DNA of 64,000 nucleotides from Gloeobacterales cyanobacterium (GCA_038245785.1 JBBRSB010000002.1:224001-288000), one strand, 5' to 3'. Shown: positions 19,463 through 30,274, counted from the stretch's first letter. Notes: a model not told the origin generated them from the letters alone. Program-made: numbers and translations.

Positions 19463-22081
19463 ATGCAACCTACCAATCCTAACCAATTTACAGAAAAAGC
19501 CTGGGACGCAATTGTTAGCACTACCGAAGTCGCAAAAAAAGCAAAACAGCAAAACCTTGAAACAGAGCACTTATTAAAATCGCTGCTAGAGCAAGAAGGA
19601 CTTGCCACTAGTATTTTCACAAAAGCGGGAATAGATGTTAAGAAGCTCCGCGACCGCACCGAAGACTTCATCAATCGCCAACCCAAACTATCGAAGGTAG
19701 ATGGTTCTGTATATCTTGGCAAAAGCCTGGATAGCCTCCTAGACCGAGCAGATGACCTACGTAAAAAATGGGGTGATGACTATATTTCGATTGAGCATTT
19801 AGTCCTGGCCTATGTGAAAGATGACCGCATGGGGAAAGTGCTCAAGCAAGAATTAAAATTAGATGAATCCAAGCTGGAATCAGTGATTAAGCAAATTCGT
19901 GGGAATCAAAAAGTGACGGACCAGTCTCCAGAAGGAAAGTACGAATCTTTAGAGAAGTATGGGCGAGATCTGACGCAACTCGCTCGACAAGGGAAATTAG
20001 ATCCGGTCATTGGTCGAGATGATGAGATTCGTCGCACTATTCAAATCCTTTCTCGCCGTACGAAAAATAACCCTGTTTTGATTGGAGAGCCAGGGGTTGG
20101 TAAAACGGCGATAGCCGAAGGGTTAGCCCAGCGCATCATTGATGGGGATGTGCCCGAATCCCTGCGAGACCGGACTTTAATCACCTTGGATATGGGAGCG
20201 CTGATTGCCGGTGCGAAATACCGGGGTGAATTTGAAGAGCGGCTGAAAGCGGTCCTCAAAGAAGTCATAGAATCTGAAGGCCAGATTATTCTCTTTATTG
20301 ATGAAATCCATACGGTCGTCGGGGCCGGAGCTACCCAAGGAGCAATGGATGCAGGCAACTTACTGAAGCCGATGTTAGCTCGGGGTGAATTGCGCTGTAT
20401 TGGCGCAACCACGCTTGATGAGTATCGCAAGTACATCGAAAAGGATGCCGCTCTAGAGCGTAGATTCCAGCAGATTTATGTAGACCAGCCCTCGGTAGAA
20501 GACACGATTTCGATTCTACGGGGTCTCAAAGAACGCTATGCTGTTCATCATGGTGTCCGTATTGCCGATGGCGCTTTGGTGGCAGCAGCGGTACTTTCCA
20601 ATCGATACATCAGTGACCGTTTCTTGCCCGATAAAGCGATTGACTTGGTAGATGAAGCAGCTGCCAAACTGAAAATGGAGATTACCTCGAAACCCGAGGA
20701 GCTTGATGAAATAGACCGCAAAGTGCTTCAACTGGAAATGGAGCGTCTTTCTTTAGAAAAAGAGAGTGACCTTGGTTCAAAAGAGCGGCTCGGCAGATTA
20801 GAAAAAGAACTGGCAGACCTCAAAGAGGACCAATCTAGCCTTAACGCTCGTTGGCAAACGGAAAAACAGGCGATTGAGCAAATTCGCGGTATCCGTGAAG
20901 AAATCGAACAGGTAAATATCGAAATCAGCCAAGCTGAGCGGGATTATGACTTGAGTAAGGCCGCAGAGCTAAAGTATGGCAAGTACAACGAGCTTCAACG
21001 GTCTCTTAAAGAAGCAGAAAACCAGCTATCTGAAGTCCAAACTACGGGACGTTCCTTGCTACGAGAGGAAGTTAGTGAGGAGGACATTGCAGAAATCATT
21101 GGCAAATGGACTGGCATCCCCGTAAGCAAATTAGTGGAATCAGAACGGGATAAGCTCCTACACCTGGAAGATGAACTGCATAGACGAGTGGTTGGTCAAG
21201 ACGAAGCGGTTACGGCAGTAGCCGAGGCTATCCAACGCTCACGGGCAGGGCTCTCAGACCCGAATCGTCCGATTGCCAGCTTTATTTTTCTTGGCCCAAC
21301 AGGTGTAGGCAAAACAGAACTCGCCAAAGCGCTAGCTGCCTATCTTTTTGACACGGAAGAGGCTCTGGTCCGCATCGACATGTCGGAATACATGGAAAAA
21401 CATTCGGTATCTCGGCTGGTCGGTGCCCCTCCAGGCTATGTGGGCTATGAAGAAGGAGGTCAACTTTCAGAGGCTATTCGTCGTCGGCCCTATGCGGTGA
21501 TTCTCTTTGATGAGATTGAAAAAGCCCATGCTGATGTATTCAATATCCTCTTACAAGTGCTGGATGATGGTCGAATAACGGATTCTCAGGGGCGGAAGAT
21601 CGATTTCAAAAATACGGTCATCATCATGACCAGCAATATTGGCTCTCAATTTATTCTGGATGTGGCCGGAGATGATTCTCGGTACGAAGAGATGCGCCTA
21701 CGGGTGACAGAGGCCTTGCGCGGTCATTTCCGTCCTGAATTTCTCAACCGAGTTGATGAGATGATCATCTTCCATAGCCTCCTCAGAGAACAACTCCGAG
21801 ATATTGTCAAACTCCAGGCTCTTCGTTTGGAGAAGCGTTTGGAAGAGCGGAAGATGACACTCAAGCTCTCCGATGCTGCCTTGGATTTCATCGTCGAAGT
21901 GGGCTACGATCCTGTGTACGGCGCCCGTCCGCTTAAGCGTGCTATCCAAAAAGAACTGGAGACCCCTATTGCCAAACGGATTTTGCAGGGTACCTTCCAG
22001 GATGGGAATACCATATTCGTTGATATCGAAAATGAACGGCTCTCTTTTAAGCAACTACCAGCACAAGTGTTGACGGTCTAA
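19463..22081 (+). CDS. clpB: ATP-dependent chaperone ClpB
   Basis: [14 protein letters not shown] start, two AAA+ modules ([16 protein letters not shown]), coiled-coil M domain and YGARPL. Confidence 0.97.
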   Translation: MQPTNPNQFTEKAWDAIVSTTEVAKKAKQQNLETEHLLKSLLEQEGLATSIFTKAGIDVKKLRDRTEDFINRQPKLSKVDGSVYLGKSLDSLLDRADDLRKKWGDDYISIEHLVLAYVKDDRMGKVLKQELKLDESKLESVIKQIRGNQKVTDQSPEGKYESLEKYGRDLTQLARQGKLDPVIGRDDEIRRTIQILSRRTKNNPVLIGEPGVGKTAIAEGLAQRIIDGDVPESLRDRTLITLDMGALIAGAKYRGEFEERLKAVLKEVIESEGQIILFIDEIHTVVGAGATQGAMDAGNLLKPMLARGELRCIGATTLDEYRKYIEKDAALERRFQQIYVDQPSVEDTISILRGLKERYAVHHGVRIADGALVAAAVLSNRYISDRFLPDKAIDLVDEAAAKLKMEITSKPEELDEIDRKVLQLEMERLSLEKESDLGSKERLGRLEKELADLKEDQSSLNARWQTEKQAIEQIRGIREEIEQVNIEISQAERDYDLSKAAELKYGKYNELQRSLKEAENQLSEVQTTGRSLLREEVSEEDIAEIIGKWTGIPVSKLVESERDKLLHLEDELHRRVVGQDEAVTAVAEAIQRSRAGLSDPNRPIASFIFLGPTGVGKTELAKALAAYLFDTEEALVRIDMSEYMEKHSVSRLVGAPPGYVGYEEGGQLSEAIRRRPYAVILFDEIEKAHADVFNILLQVLDDGRITDSQGRKIDFKNTVIIMTSNIGSQFILDVAGDDSRYEEMRLRVTEALRGHFRPEFLNRVDEMIIFHSLLREQLRDIVKLQALRLEKRLEERKMTLKLSDAALDFIVEVGYDPVYGARPLKRAIQKELETPIAKRILQGTFQDGNTIFVDIENERLSFKQLPAQVLTV

Positions 22082-22151
22082 GCTAAACGAATGCCGGATT
22101 TCCACTTGCCTATGTTAATATGCTGGCAACGAAAATTTGCCTGTGCGCCCC

Positions 22152-22649
22152 ATGGCTAAGGTCCTCGTCCTCAACGCATCATACGAACCCCTGAACATCA
22201 CGTCTTGGCGCCGCGCGACTGTTCTTGTCATCAAGGGAAAAGCAGAACAGATAGAACACAACGGGAAAATGCTTTCCCCCGGTTTCCCTCTGCCGACCGT
22301 TATTCGTCTACGGGGCTATGTCCAAGTCCCCTATAAAGAAATTCCTCTGACCCGCCGCAATGTGCTGCATCGAGATGGACATGCTTGTCAATACTGCGGT
22401 TTTAAGGATGACCTGACCATCGACCATGTAATGCCAAAGTCCCGCCGAGGCCAAGATATTTGGGAAAACGTGGTAGCCGCCTGTGTTCGTTGCAATATCC
22501 GCAAAGGGAATCGCACACCCCAGGAAGCAGCAATGACCCTCCGCCGCATTCCCAGCCGACCTCATAGTCCCCTCAACTTCGAAATTTCAAAACACCTTCG
22601 AGGGGGAATTCATGATGAGTGGCGCAAGTATGTAATTGGACTGTCGTAA
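22152..22649 (+). CDS. HNH endonuclease (McrA-like)
   Basis: VLVLNASYEPL, CQYCG, TIDHV and ACVRCN..KG. Confidence 0.92.
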   Translation: MAKVLVLNASYEPLNITSWRRATVLVIKGKAEQIEHNGKMLSPGFPLPTVIRLRGYVQVPYKEIPLTRRNVLHRDGHACQYCGFKDDLTIDHVMPKSRRGQDIWENVVAACVRCNIRKGNRTPQEAAMTLRRIPSRPHSPLNFEISKHLRGGIHDEWRKYVIGLS

Positions 22650-22665
22650 GGCAGTCTTATTTTTT
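22614..22665 (+). repeat. ~52-bp direct repeat, copy 1 (3' end of the HNH gene)
   Basis: GATGAGTGGCGCAAGTATGTAATTGGACTGTCGTAAGGCAGTCTTATTTTTT matches 25491-25542 with 3 mismatches. Confidence 0.9.
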
Positions 22666-22721
22666 AGTTTCTATATCACTCAACGGAATGAAGACTATAT
22701 TCCGAGCTAGTGGAGCATAGA

Positions 22722-23132
22722 ATGCCAAAACTCATAGTTGACATCGCTGTTTACACGTTTGATATAGACTACAACCAGCATGTAAGCAACATAGTGTTCG
22801 TGCGGTGGATGGAATTGTGCCGCAATAGGTTATTTGAGGTACTGGGATTATCCCAAGAGCTTTTAGCGGCACAGAACTGCCTCCCTGTAGTAGCCGAAAC
22901 ACAAATTGTTTATAAGCAACCTGTTTTCTTTGGTCAATCCATCAAAGTTGAAATGTGGCTCTCTGAATTAGCAAAAGCCTCTTGCTGGATGGCCTTTCAC
23001 TTTTTCAATAATGACGGAGCTCTCGTTGCCACAGGACGGCAAAGGGGTGTTTTTATCAACACAACCACAAACCGCCCTACTCGTCCCAGTCCTGAGCTTC
23101 GCCAGAAGTTTGAGGTTTACCTAGCTCCATAA
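22722..23132 (+). CDS. Acyl-CoA thioesterase (4HBT/YbgC hot-dog fold)
   Basis: DIDYNQHVSN..FVRWME..R motif. Confidence 0.88.
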   Translation: MPKLIVDIAVYTFDIDYNQHVSNIVFVRWMELCRNRLFEVLGLSQELLAAQNCLPVVAETQIVYKQPVFFGQSIKVEMWLSELAKASCWMAFHFFNNDGALVATGRQRGVFINTTTNRPTRPSPELRQKFEVYLAP

Positions 23133-23335
23133 TCAAGCACTATTTTTGCTGACAAAAATAGCAAAATTTGACAGTCCATTTGATCCTGGCGATTTTTTGA
23201 TGGCAAGACCTGAAGATCCAGATCTTTGGATAAGATATCATCCTATGGTAATTGGAAAAGAATCTATGTATAAGGCTTTTTTGGGGTGTTACTAATTTAA
23301 TCTGTTTCAAATTTTCTATCTTTTATTTGAGGTAT

Positions 23336-24109
23336 TCAAGTTGGACTCCCTGGAATAGCTAAAGAGCGATCACCTGGAGAGTCTACAAATTTTGCTCCTC
23401 GCTTCTTCAGATCAATTTTCATATCCTCATCAACCCCTGGATTAAATCCAAATTGAGCTTCATCCAGTTTAGTACCACTGAGAATAGCATCGCTGAAGTC
23501 GGCCTCTCTAAGGTCGGCACCGCTGAGATAGGCACCACTGAGGTCGGCACCGCTCAGGTTGGCACCGTTGAGGATGGCACCGTTGAGGTAAGCACCACTA
23601 AGGTCGGCACTGTTGAGGATGGTACCGCTCAGGTTGGCACCTCTAAGATAGGCACCTCTAAGGTTGATGCCGCTCAAGTCGGTTTCTCTAAGATCGGCAC
23701 CGTTGATGATGACCTCGCTAAGGTCGGCCTCTCTAAGGTCGACACCGCTCAGGATGGTCATTGTGAGCTTGACATCATTGAGGTCGGGACTCTTGAAAAT
23801 GACCCTAATGAGTTTGGCCCCGTTAAGGTTAACACCCCTAGAGCTGACACTGAGTAACTTGGCATCGCTTAGATCATTTAGAAGGACATTGCTAATGGAA
23901 TCTTTACTTAAATCAGCTGCAGAAAAGTCAATTTCACCAGAATCAGACCAATTTTCTAACCATGGGCCTTCAACGTCTTCAACATATAAGTTGACACGTT
24001 CTAAACCATGAGTAAGCTTATCGTTACGATATTTGCGAGCAGCACGAAGCAAATCTGTAGCACTGGCTTCTTTTTGGCTTTGATTAAGAATAGCGTCTTC
24101 AAGACTCAT
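23336..24109 (-). CDS. Pentapeptide repeat protein with an unknown N-terminal domain
   Basis: A(D/N)LxG repeats in the C-terminal half; the N-terminal ~60 aa are non-repetitive. Confidence 0.88.
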   Translation of the reverse strand: MSLEDAILNQSQKEASATDLLRAARKYRNDKLTHGLERVNLYVEDVEGPWLENWSDSGEIDFSAADLSKDSISNVLLNDLSDAKLLSVSSRGVNLNGAKLIRVIFKSPDLNDVKLTMTILSGVDLREADLSEVIINGADLRETDLSGINLRGAYLRGANLSGTILNSADLSGAYLNGAILNGANLSGADLSGAYLSGADLREADFSDAILSGTKLDEAQFGFNPGVDEDMKIDLKKRGAKFVDSPGDRSLAIPGSPT

Positions 24110-24155
24110 GATTTTCTGTGAGTGAGTGGCACAAATGTCGTATGGGCTGAAATGA

Positions 24156-24851
24156 TTATCTGGTCGAGTTAACTACAATATAGCAACCTTCAGATAAAGA
24201 GTTGCTTTGCAAGAGCAAGGAGGAGACTGACTTACTCATAGGATGCCTCGGATCGTAACTCAATAACACACCCCGAACGATACCCCAAGATATAAGTGTC
24301 TTTTCCCAGTCGGTTTGTTTCCTTGCTAGCAAACTTGGAGCGTTGGTTGTTAGTTGTAGTGACAGAGCCTTGTTTTGAGATCCACTGAGGAGGAGATCGG
24401 TCGCCATTGCTAGGTCAAGAATGTAGTTGAAAAAACTTGTCCCGTCCTGACTGTGAATTTCTTCGATGGACTGGTCCACAAGGGCTTGGTCGCTTTTTGG
24501 GAACTGTTCTGACATGAGTTTCTTCGTCCAAGTAGTCATCTTGGGATCTTTTTGCCCGAACCATGCTGGGTATAGTATTTCGTACCAGTATTGTTCCGTA
24601 GGGGTAGCCTCTTGCAAAAATTCTCTTCTCTGTTTAGGGTCTTTAATCAAAAGCCATATTTTGGCGTCCAGTATGAGTTCGTTTAGAATGTCTATAACCA
24701 GAGGCTTTTTAGTGAGCAGGCCTGTCTTTTTATCATTTATCCATCGCGAAAACCATCGGAGTCTCATGGCTAGCTGTGGTTCGAGTCGAGTTGCAGTTGC
24801 TATCACGCTTTCAAGTTCAAGCTTGATTTGTCCTGCAGGTATTTTTGGCAT
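24156..24851 (-). CDS. Hypothetical protein, possible restriction-endonuclease-like fold
   Basis: 231-aa ORF with a D-LAMATD-LLL...LSLQLTT pattern. Confidence 0.7.
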   Translation of the reverse strand: MPKIPAGQIKLELESVIATATRLEPQLAMRLRWFSRWINDKKTGLLTKKPLVIDILNELILDAKIWLLIKDPKQRREFLQEATPTEQYWYEILYPAWFGQKDPKMTTWTKKLMSEQFPKSDQALVDQSIEEIHSQDGTSFFNYILDLAMATDLLLSGSQNKALSLQLTTNAPSLLARKQTDWEKTLISWGIVRGVLLSYDPRHPMSKSVSSLLLQSNSLSEGCYIVVNSTR

Positions 24852-25125
24852 GTTTAAGAACTGGTGGCTGACGCGTCAATGCTGATTAGTCTACCCCAAA
24901 GTGATAAAGAACTGTTACTAGAGGTCAAGCCTCATACTGAAAGGCAAAGGTGACCGCTATCTAAGCGCATCATTAGAACCATTGCACACAGTTGGCTAAT
25001 GTATATCGTTACATCCTGAATTATTTTATTGCGACTTCGAGTGCATAGGCCCAAGATCTTCTGTCCATTGCGGCGCAGTGTCAGTCTGCTCTAGACCTAA
25101 GGGAATTATACAACCCATAATTCCT

Positions 25126-25356
25126 ATGAGCTATCACGATATTATTACCATTGAGCCGGACAAGCGTGGCGGTAAACCATGTATTCGACGAATGCGAATC
25201 ACTGTGTACGATGTTCTGGGCTGGCTAGCGGTTGGTATGTCCCATGCTGAAATTTTAGAAGACTTTCCTGAATTAACCGAAGAAGACATTAGGGCTTGTT
25301 TAGAATTTGCTGCTGACCGTGAACATCGTTTAGTTGCTTTCGTAGGCGCTGATTGA
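25126..25356 (+). CDS. DUF433 antitoxin
   Basis: ITIEPDKRGGKPCIRRMRITVYDVL...ILEDFPELTEEDIRACL. Confidence 0.92.
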   Translation: MSYHDIITIEPDKRGGKPCIRRMRITVYDVLGWLAVGMSHAEILEDFPELTEEDIRACLEFAADREHRLVAFVGAD

Positions 25357-25526
25357 AGCTGCTTTTCGACCAAAATTTGAGTAGCAAGCTCATAACTCGC
25401 TTAGCGGATTTTTTCCCTAATTTCAGTCTGGTTCAGTTTCATGGGCTGTCAGAGAAGACTAATACGGAGATATGGACATTTTCCAAGACGGATGAGTGGC
25501 GCAAGTATGTGATTGGACTGGCGTAA
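25353..25526 (+). pseudogene. Truncated DUF5615 PIN-like toxin fused in frame to a copy of the HNH C-terminus
   Basis: TTG start overlapping the DUF433 stop. MKLLFDQNLSSKL...EIWTFSKT then switches to DEWRKYVIGLA*. Confidence 0.8.
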
Positions 25527-25542
25527 GGCGGTCTTATTTTTT
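25491..25542 (+). repeat. ~52-bp direct repeat, copy 2
   Basis: GATGAGTGGCGCAAGTATGTGATTGGACTGGCGTAAGGCGGTCTTATTTTTT. Confidence 0.9.
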
Positions 25543-25569
25543 TGGTAATTTACAGTTATCGAGCGCACT

Positions 25570-26409
25570 TTAAAAAAGCTGTGTATTTTTGGTTCTGATT
25601 CGTCCATAGAGTTCTTCCATCGTCTCGACAAATGAACTTTCCTTATCCCAAAAGGGCGGAAAATCGCCTTGCTTTTTCACTAGAATTGCTGGAACGCTGG
25701 CTTGTGGAGCTGCTTCAATGGTCTGAGGCAGGCGTTTTGCCCCATGCCAAAAGTCCTTCAAACTTCCAACGGCAACCGCTGTTTGTACTGTGGGTTTTGT
25801 GAAATAACTCAGGTCGGGTTCAGGTGCAGATTTTGTTAGCGTCAATTCTGCCGATAATGCCTGACCTAAGGGTGACTTAGCGAGTTCCTTTTGGAGTGCC
25901 TCTCTCGATAATCCCCTTAGCTCAAATAGCAAAAATGGATCTTGGTCTAACTGGGCGGCGAGGAGATAGTAAACCCCTGCGATGTGCTTACAGGGATTAC
26001 TCCAGTCGGGACAAGAACACTCGGTTTTGAAGTCGTCTTCGTGATGGGGGAGTAGGTGTACATCGAGCTTGGCAAAGGCATTATCGATGTTATCGGGGAT
26101 TTCATTAAGCATCAGTCGAGAAATGAGGCTGGCTTTGGAGGCAACGTAGGCAATTGCCGCTGACCAATTCGCGGCACTAATCGATTTAAATTCGATGGTG
26201 GTAGTGTAAAGCGGTTCTGTATAGACCCCAAAGTAGGGGTTCACAGATCCACGCACTTGGGCCGAAATCACTCCATCTTTAATCTCAAAGCTTTTGACTT
26301 TTCCGCCACGGGCATAGGAGCGGCCACGACTTAAACGACCTGAATCCATTATTTTTTCTAGGGCGGCAATGAAGCGCTGCCCCCACCAAGTCCGACTAAA
26401 TTGAGCCAT
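25570..26409 (-). CDS. SWIM zinc-finger protein
   Basis: RLSRGRSYA, CSCPD..NPCKH and DPFLLFELRG. Confidence 0.92.
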   Translation of the reverse strand: MAQFSRTWWGQRFIAALEKIMDSGRLSRGRSYARGGKVKSFEIKDGVISAQVRGSVNPYFGVYTEPLYTTTIEFKSISAANWSAAIAYVASKASLISRLMLNEIPDNIDNAFAKLDVHLLPHHEDDFKTECSCPDWSNPCKHIAGVYYLLAAQLDQDPFLLFELRGLSREALQKELAKSPLGQALSAELTLTKSAPEPDLSYFTKPTVQTAVAVGSLKDFWHGAKRLPQTIEAAPQASVPAILVKKQGDFPPFWDKESSFVETMEELYGRIRTKNTQLF

Positions 26410-26414
26410 AATTT

Positions 26415-29400
26415 TTACTCCAAAATTGCGCTCTTATTCAAAGTAATAAGCTGCTTAAAGGAATCGTTATCCAAATTGGATAACCACGACTCATCCGAAC
26501 CCACGATCGCTCCCGCTAGTTTTTTCTTGTCTTCAATCATTTCGTCAATCCGCTCTTCGAGGGTGCCGATTGCCACAAACTTATGGACAAACACATTCTT
26601 CTTCTGACCAATGCGGAAAGCCCGGTCTGTCGCCTGATTTTCTACTGCGGGGTTCCACCAGCGGTCAAAGTGGAACACATGATTAGCTTTCGTGAGGGTA
26701 ATACCGACGCCGCCCGCCTTGAGGGACAGAATGAACACCGATGGCTCGGTCTCAGGGTCTTGAAACTCGGTAATCATCTGTTCGCGTTTATTGCGGTTGG
26801 TACCACCGTGAAGATAGTAGGTGTTGTAGTGACAAGTCTGGCGTAGGTACTTTTCAAGGGCATCCCCAAGCTCGGTGAATTGGGTGAAGATCAGCAGGCT
26901 CTCCCCTTCTGCCATCACTTCCGCCACCATTTCGCTAAGGCGACTGAGTTTGTGCGAGCGCTCTGGCGAAAAGTCACTCTCGTCCTGCAAAAACTGTCGG
27001 GGGTGGTTGCAAATTTGCTTCAGCTTCAGCAGCGTAGCCAGAATCAGACCCTTACGCTGAATGCCTTCAGCCTCATCCAGTTCACCCGTAATATCCTTGA
27101 CGACTGCCTCGTAGAGGGAGGCTTGCTCTTTGGTGAGGTTACAGTAGAGCTTTTGCTCCACTTTATCGGGCAAGTCTTTGATGATCGATTGATCGGTCTT
27201 GACCCGTCTTAGAATGAACGGCTCCACCAGCTTTTTGAGGGTCGCCGAGCGCACAGGGTCGTTGTTTTTCTGGATCGGTACTTCAAAGCTTTTGCGGAAA
27301 TGGGCTTCTTTGCCTAAATAGCCCGGATTGAGAAAGTTGAAAATGGACCACAGATCTAACAGACGGTTTTCCACAGGGGTTCCCGTTAGGGCAAGGCGAT
27401 GAGGGGCAGACAGCTTTAGGATCGCTTTTGTCTGCTCTGCCTTGGGATTTTTGATATTTTGTGCTTCGTCTAAGACCAAGCGGTGCCAATCCACGCTCTC
27501 GATAAGCTTGAGGTCCTTGCGAATCAGCGTGAAGGAGGTGATGACCACGTGGTTCTGCTGGGCCATGGCTTGAAATTCCGTGGTGTCTTTAGCGCGTTCG
27601 GTGCCGTGGTGGACGATGGAGCACAGGTGAGGCGCAAATTTTTCGATTTCCTTGCGCCAGTTCCCTACAACAGAGGTGGGCGCAATCAGTAAGGTTGGCT
27701 TCAGGGGCATGGCTGCCTGTTTGGCTTGCTCCTGTTCTTGCACGAGTCGTGCAATAACTTGGACGGTTTTGCCTAAACCCATATCATCCGCCAGACAGCC
27801 ATTGAGTCCCAGTTGCTCCAGATAGGAGAGCCAGGAAAGGCCCCGCTTTTGGTATTCCCGCAGAGTGCCTTGCAGGTGCACGGGGTCTGAGATCGCCTCC
27901 AATCGGCTCTTGTCATGCAGCTTATCCAGCATTTCTGCTAAAGTTTGACCGCGATCAAACTCCACCTCAAGATCTTCGTTGCCCTCCGCCGTCAGCCGCA
28001 TAAAATCGATCAGACTGATCTCTGGGTTTTCTTGCTGATGCTTTTTCCAGAACTCCAGCATTTGCTGCATTTTGTCTTGGTCCAGGTGCATCCACTGTCC
28101 CCGAAACTTCACCAGCGGGGATTTAGCTTTCACCAGTTCCAGCCACTCCTTTTCAGAAACCTGTTCACCCCCAATCGAGAGGTCGTACTGATACTGAACC
28201 AGGTTGTCGTAGCTAAAGTAGCTTTTGGATTTATCTTGAGCGCGGGAAAGAGATTTGCCCTTTGCCCGTAGCCGCACCTTGGCGCGTTGATGACCCTTCG
28301 GCGTCCACCAAGCCGGAATAATCACCTTATATCCAGCGCTTTCTAAGACCCAGGCGGAGTCTTGCAGAAACTCGAAGGCTTCCGCTAAGTCCATGGCAAT
28401 GCTCACGGGCTGATCGGTCTCTAAGCCCTGCCAGAGTTTGGGATAGATTCTTGCGGCGTAGCCTAGATTCAACAGCAGATTTTGTTCAAAGCGCTCACCC
28501 AGTTGCTTTTGTAGTTCTTTCTGGCGCGTAGCCTTTGATGACCAATACTCCGTTAGAGGAACACGCAGGGACGGATCTTGTTTAGGTGCAGCAAGAAACT
28601 GAAGTTCCCAAGGGGCTTCTGGTTGACCCGGCTCCTGAAGCTGAAAACACAGGTAGAACGGGATTGCGGTTTGGATATGACTAATGCGATCACGCCAAGT
28701 CCGCCACTGCTGATACAGCTCCAGTCTCGAATTTTTGCCCAAGGATGAGTCATTGGCTGATAGGCAATGATGCAAAAGAGTATCATCAATCTTTTGCTCA
28801 AACCCAGCAGTAGAGGGGGTATGCGTCGCAATTTCAGTGAGTAAGCATTCCGAAAAATGCCGCAGCAGCAGTTCGCGATCATAAAATTCTGGTGTCTCGT
28901 GGGGTTCTGCAAAGCCCGCAACACAGGCCAGGGGCATATAGTCTACATAACGTTTCAGGTCAGTTTCATATTGATCACTGGTGATTTCCCATCCAGGATA
29001 AACCTCAAAATTCGGCTCATTTTTTGGCTGAGATTTTTTACTCTTAGCCGAAACGGTTTGTTTTGGGTGAACAACTTCTCGATACTTCAGCGCCGGAATG
29101 TACTGGTCTTTCAGAATAACTTGCTTAAAGGTTTGGGTGTAGTGATACCAAAACAGGAGGTCAGCGCCAAGCTGCACCTCCGCCAAATTGTTCATGGCGA
29201 TGAAATGCAACTCATTCAGCAGCTTGATAACATTCGTTACCAGCTCATAATCGGATCCAATCATGTGGATGGGTGTTTTTGCCGCATAGCAGTCCACCTG
29301 CCAATATTTCAGTTCAAATGCTTCTGGAAGGTCCTGCTCTATATATCGCGCCAGTTCTAGGGAAGGGAGAGGACGATCGCCATGACTCGGCAGCAGAAAA

Positions 29401-29633
29401 TATTGTGGTGAAATCCGCTCAGCGATAGGATGCAATCTCAGCTCTGACTTAATCCCTAGCTCCTGCATCAAAAACGTTTCAAGGTCGTTCTTGAAGAGTT
29501 GGCACGGATGAATATGCTGGGTGGTTTTGCTTTTCTTCGTCACCTCATTCGTTTCTACCCAAAGGTAAAATGCACCCCTTTGGATAAATCCATCTTCTAC
29601 TTGGGGAATCCAGGTACCGTGAAGGATTTTCAT
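26415..29633 (-). CDS. SNF2-family helicase with a SNF2-associated N-terminal region
   Basis: LREYQ, DDMGLGKT, DEAQ, TGTPVEN and QATDRAFRIGQ. Confidence 0.95.
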   Translation of the reverse strand: MKILHGTWIPQVEDGFIQRGAFYLWVETNEVTKKSKTTQHIHPCQLFKNDLETFLMQELGIKSELRLHPIAERISPQYFLLPSHGDRPLPSLELARYIEQDLPEAFELKYWQVDCYAAKTPIHMIGSDYELVTNVIKLLNELHFIAMNNLAEVQLGADLLFWYHYTQTFKQVILKDQYIPALKYREVVHPKQTVSAKSKKSQPKNEPNFEVYPGWEITSDQYETDLKRYVDYMPLACVAGFAEPHETPEFYDRELLLRHFSECLLTEIATHTPSTAGFEQKIDDTLLHHCLSANDSSLGKNSRLELYQQWRTWRDRISHIQTAIPFYLCFQLQEPGQPEAPWELQFLAAPKQDPSLRVPLTEYWSSKATRQKELQKQLGERFEQNLLLNLGYAARIYPKLWQGLETDQPVSIAMDLAEAFEFLQDSAWVLESAGYKVIIPAWWTPKGHQRAKVRLRAKGKSLSRAQDKSKSYFSYDNLVQYQYDLSIGGEQVSEKEWLELVKAKSPLVKFRGQWMHLDQDKMQQMLEFWKKHQQENPEISLIDFMRLTAEGNEDLEVEFDRGQTLAEMLDKLHDKSRLEAISDPVHLQGTLREYQKRGLSWLSYLEQLGLNGCLADDMGLGKTVQVIARLVQEQEQAKQAAMPLKPTLLIAPTSVVGNWRKEIEKFAPHLCSIVHHGTERAKDTTEFQAMAQQNHVVITSFTLIRKDLKLIESVDWHRLVLDEAQNIKNPKAEQTKAILKLSAPHRLALTGTPVENRLLDLWSIFNFLNPGYLGKEAHFRKSFEVPIQKNNDPVRSATLKKLVEPFILRRVKTDQSIIKDLPDKVEQKLYCNLTKEQASLYEAVVKDITGELDEAEGIQRKGLILATLLKLKQICNHPRQFLQDESDFSPERSHKLSRLSEMVAEVMAEGESLLIFTQFTELGDALEKYLRQTCHYNTYYLHGGTNRNKREQMITEFQDPETEPSVFILSLKAGGVGITLTKANHVFHFDRWWNPAVENQATDRAFRIGQKKNVFVHKFVAIGTLEERIDEMIEDKKKLAGAIVGSDESWLSNLDNDSFKQLITLNKSAILE

Positions 29634-29761
29634 ATGCCTAGTCTAGAAGAACGTTTTTGATTCGTCGACGACTTCTGCCAGGCATTTGAACCTTGTTAGC
29701 ACCGACAATTACTTACAGGATGGTCTGAAACAGACGCGAAGCAGCTTGGGGTAGTTCATAA

Positions 29762-30274
29762 CTAAGACTTATTTCGTACAAGGCCCAAATCATAGTCTCT
29801 AAGGAGCGTCCGTACTCCAGTAGCGAAAGCGCCTGCGGAGGTATCGGTAGCAGGCAAAGCGTGGATAGAAACATCCAAGGACTCCCCATTGTAGGGCTTT
29901 TCTAGTTGACTAAAGTAGGGACCAATATCGCGTACCGTATTCGGCACTGGGCTAAAACGAGCTTTGACGGAGACTAAAACCCAGCGGTTCTGCAAACGTT
30001 CGATGCGCAGGACCCGCTCAATCAGGACTGGTTTCATCTCTTTGCGTTCCCAGAATCGCTCAAAGGTGAGTAGCCGGACATCTGATCCCTCTACTTTAGG
30101 GGTACTGGTGCGCAAAAGTCGGCTGGATGTGGGCACAGAACCATAAGCTCGATTGACATAATCAGGAAGGGCCGTTTGTAACGTATTCGCCAAGTCATCG
30201 AGTGGACTGGCTTGGACCTGCTGTGCGAAAAAGCTGAGTAATCCTACAGAAACTAGGAATTTAGGAAGGTGCAT
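29762..30274 (-). CDS. Secreted cyanobacterial hypothetical protein
   Basis: Signal peptide (VQA|S) and LPDYVNR / A.GVRTLLRD motifs typical of a cyanobacterial family. Confidence 0.65.
   Translation of the reverse strand: MHLPKFLVSVGLLSFFAQQVQASPLDDLANTLQTALPDYVNRAYGSVPTSSRLLRTSTPKVEGSDVRLLTFERFWERKEMKPVLIERVLRIERLQNRWVLVSVKARFSPVPNTVRDIGPYFSQLEKPYNGESLDVSIHALPATDTSAGAFATGVRTLLRDYDLGLVRNKS

Noticed and set aside
23146..23295. 49-aa TTG-started ORF after the thioesterase
   Set aside because: It has no RBS or recognisable family and may be a gene remnant; it cannot be supported.
23490..23790. Periodic 15/30-nt repeats that look like an array
   Set aside because: They are the codons of pentapeptide repeats on the minus strand and have no unique spacers, so this is not CRISPR. 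The 23453 and 23664 ORFs are their antisense shadows.
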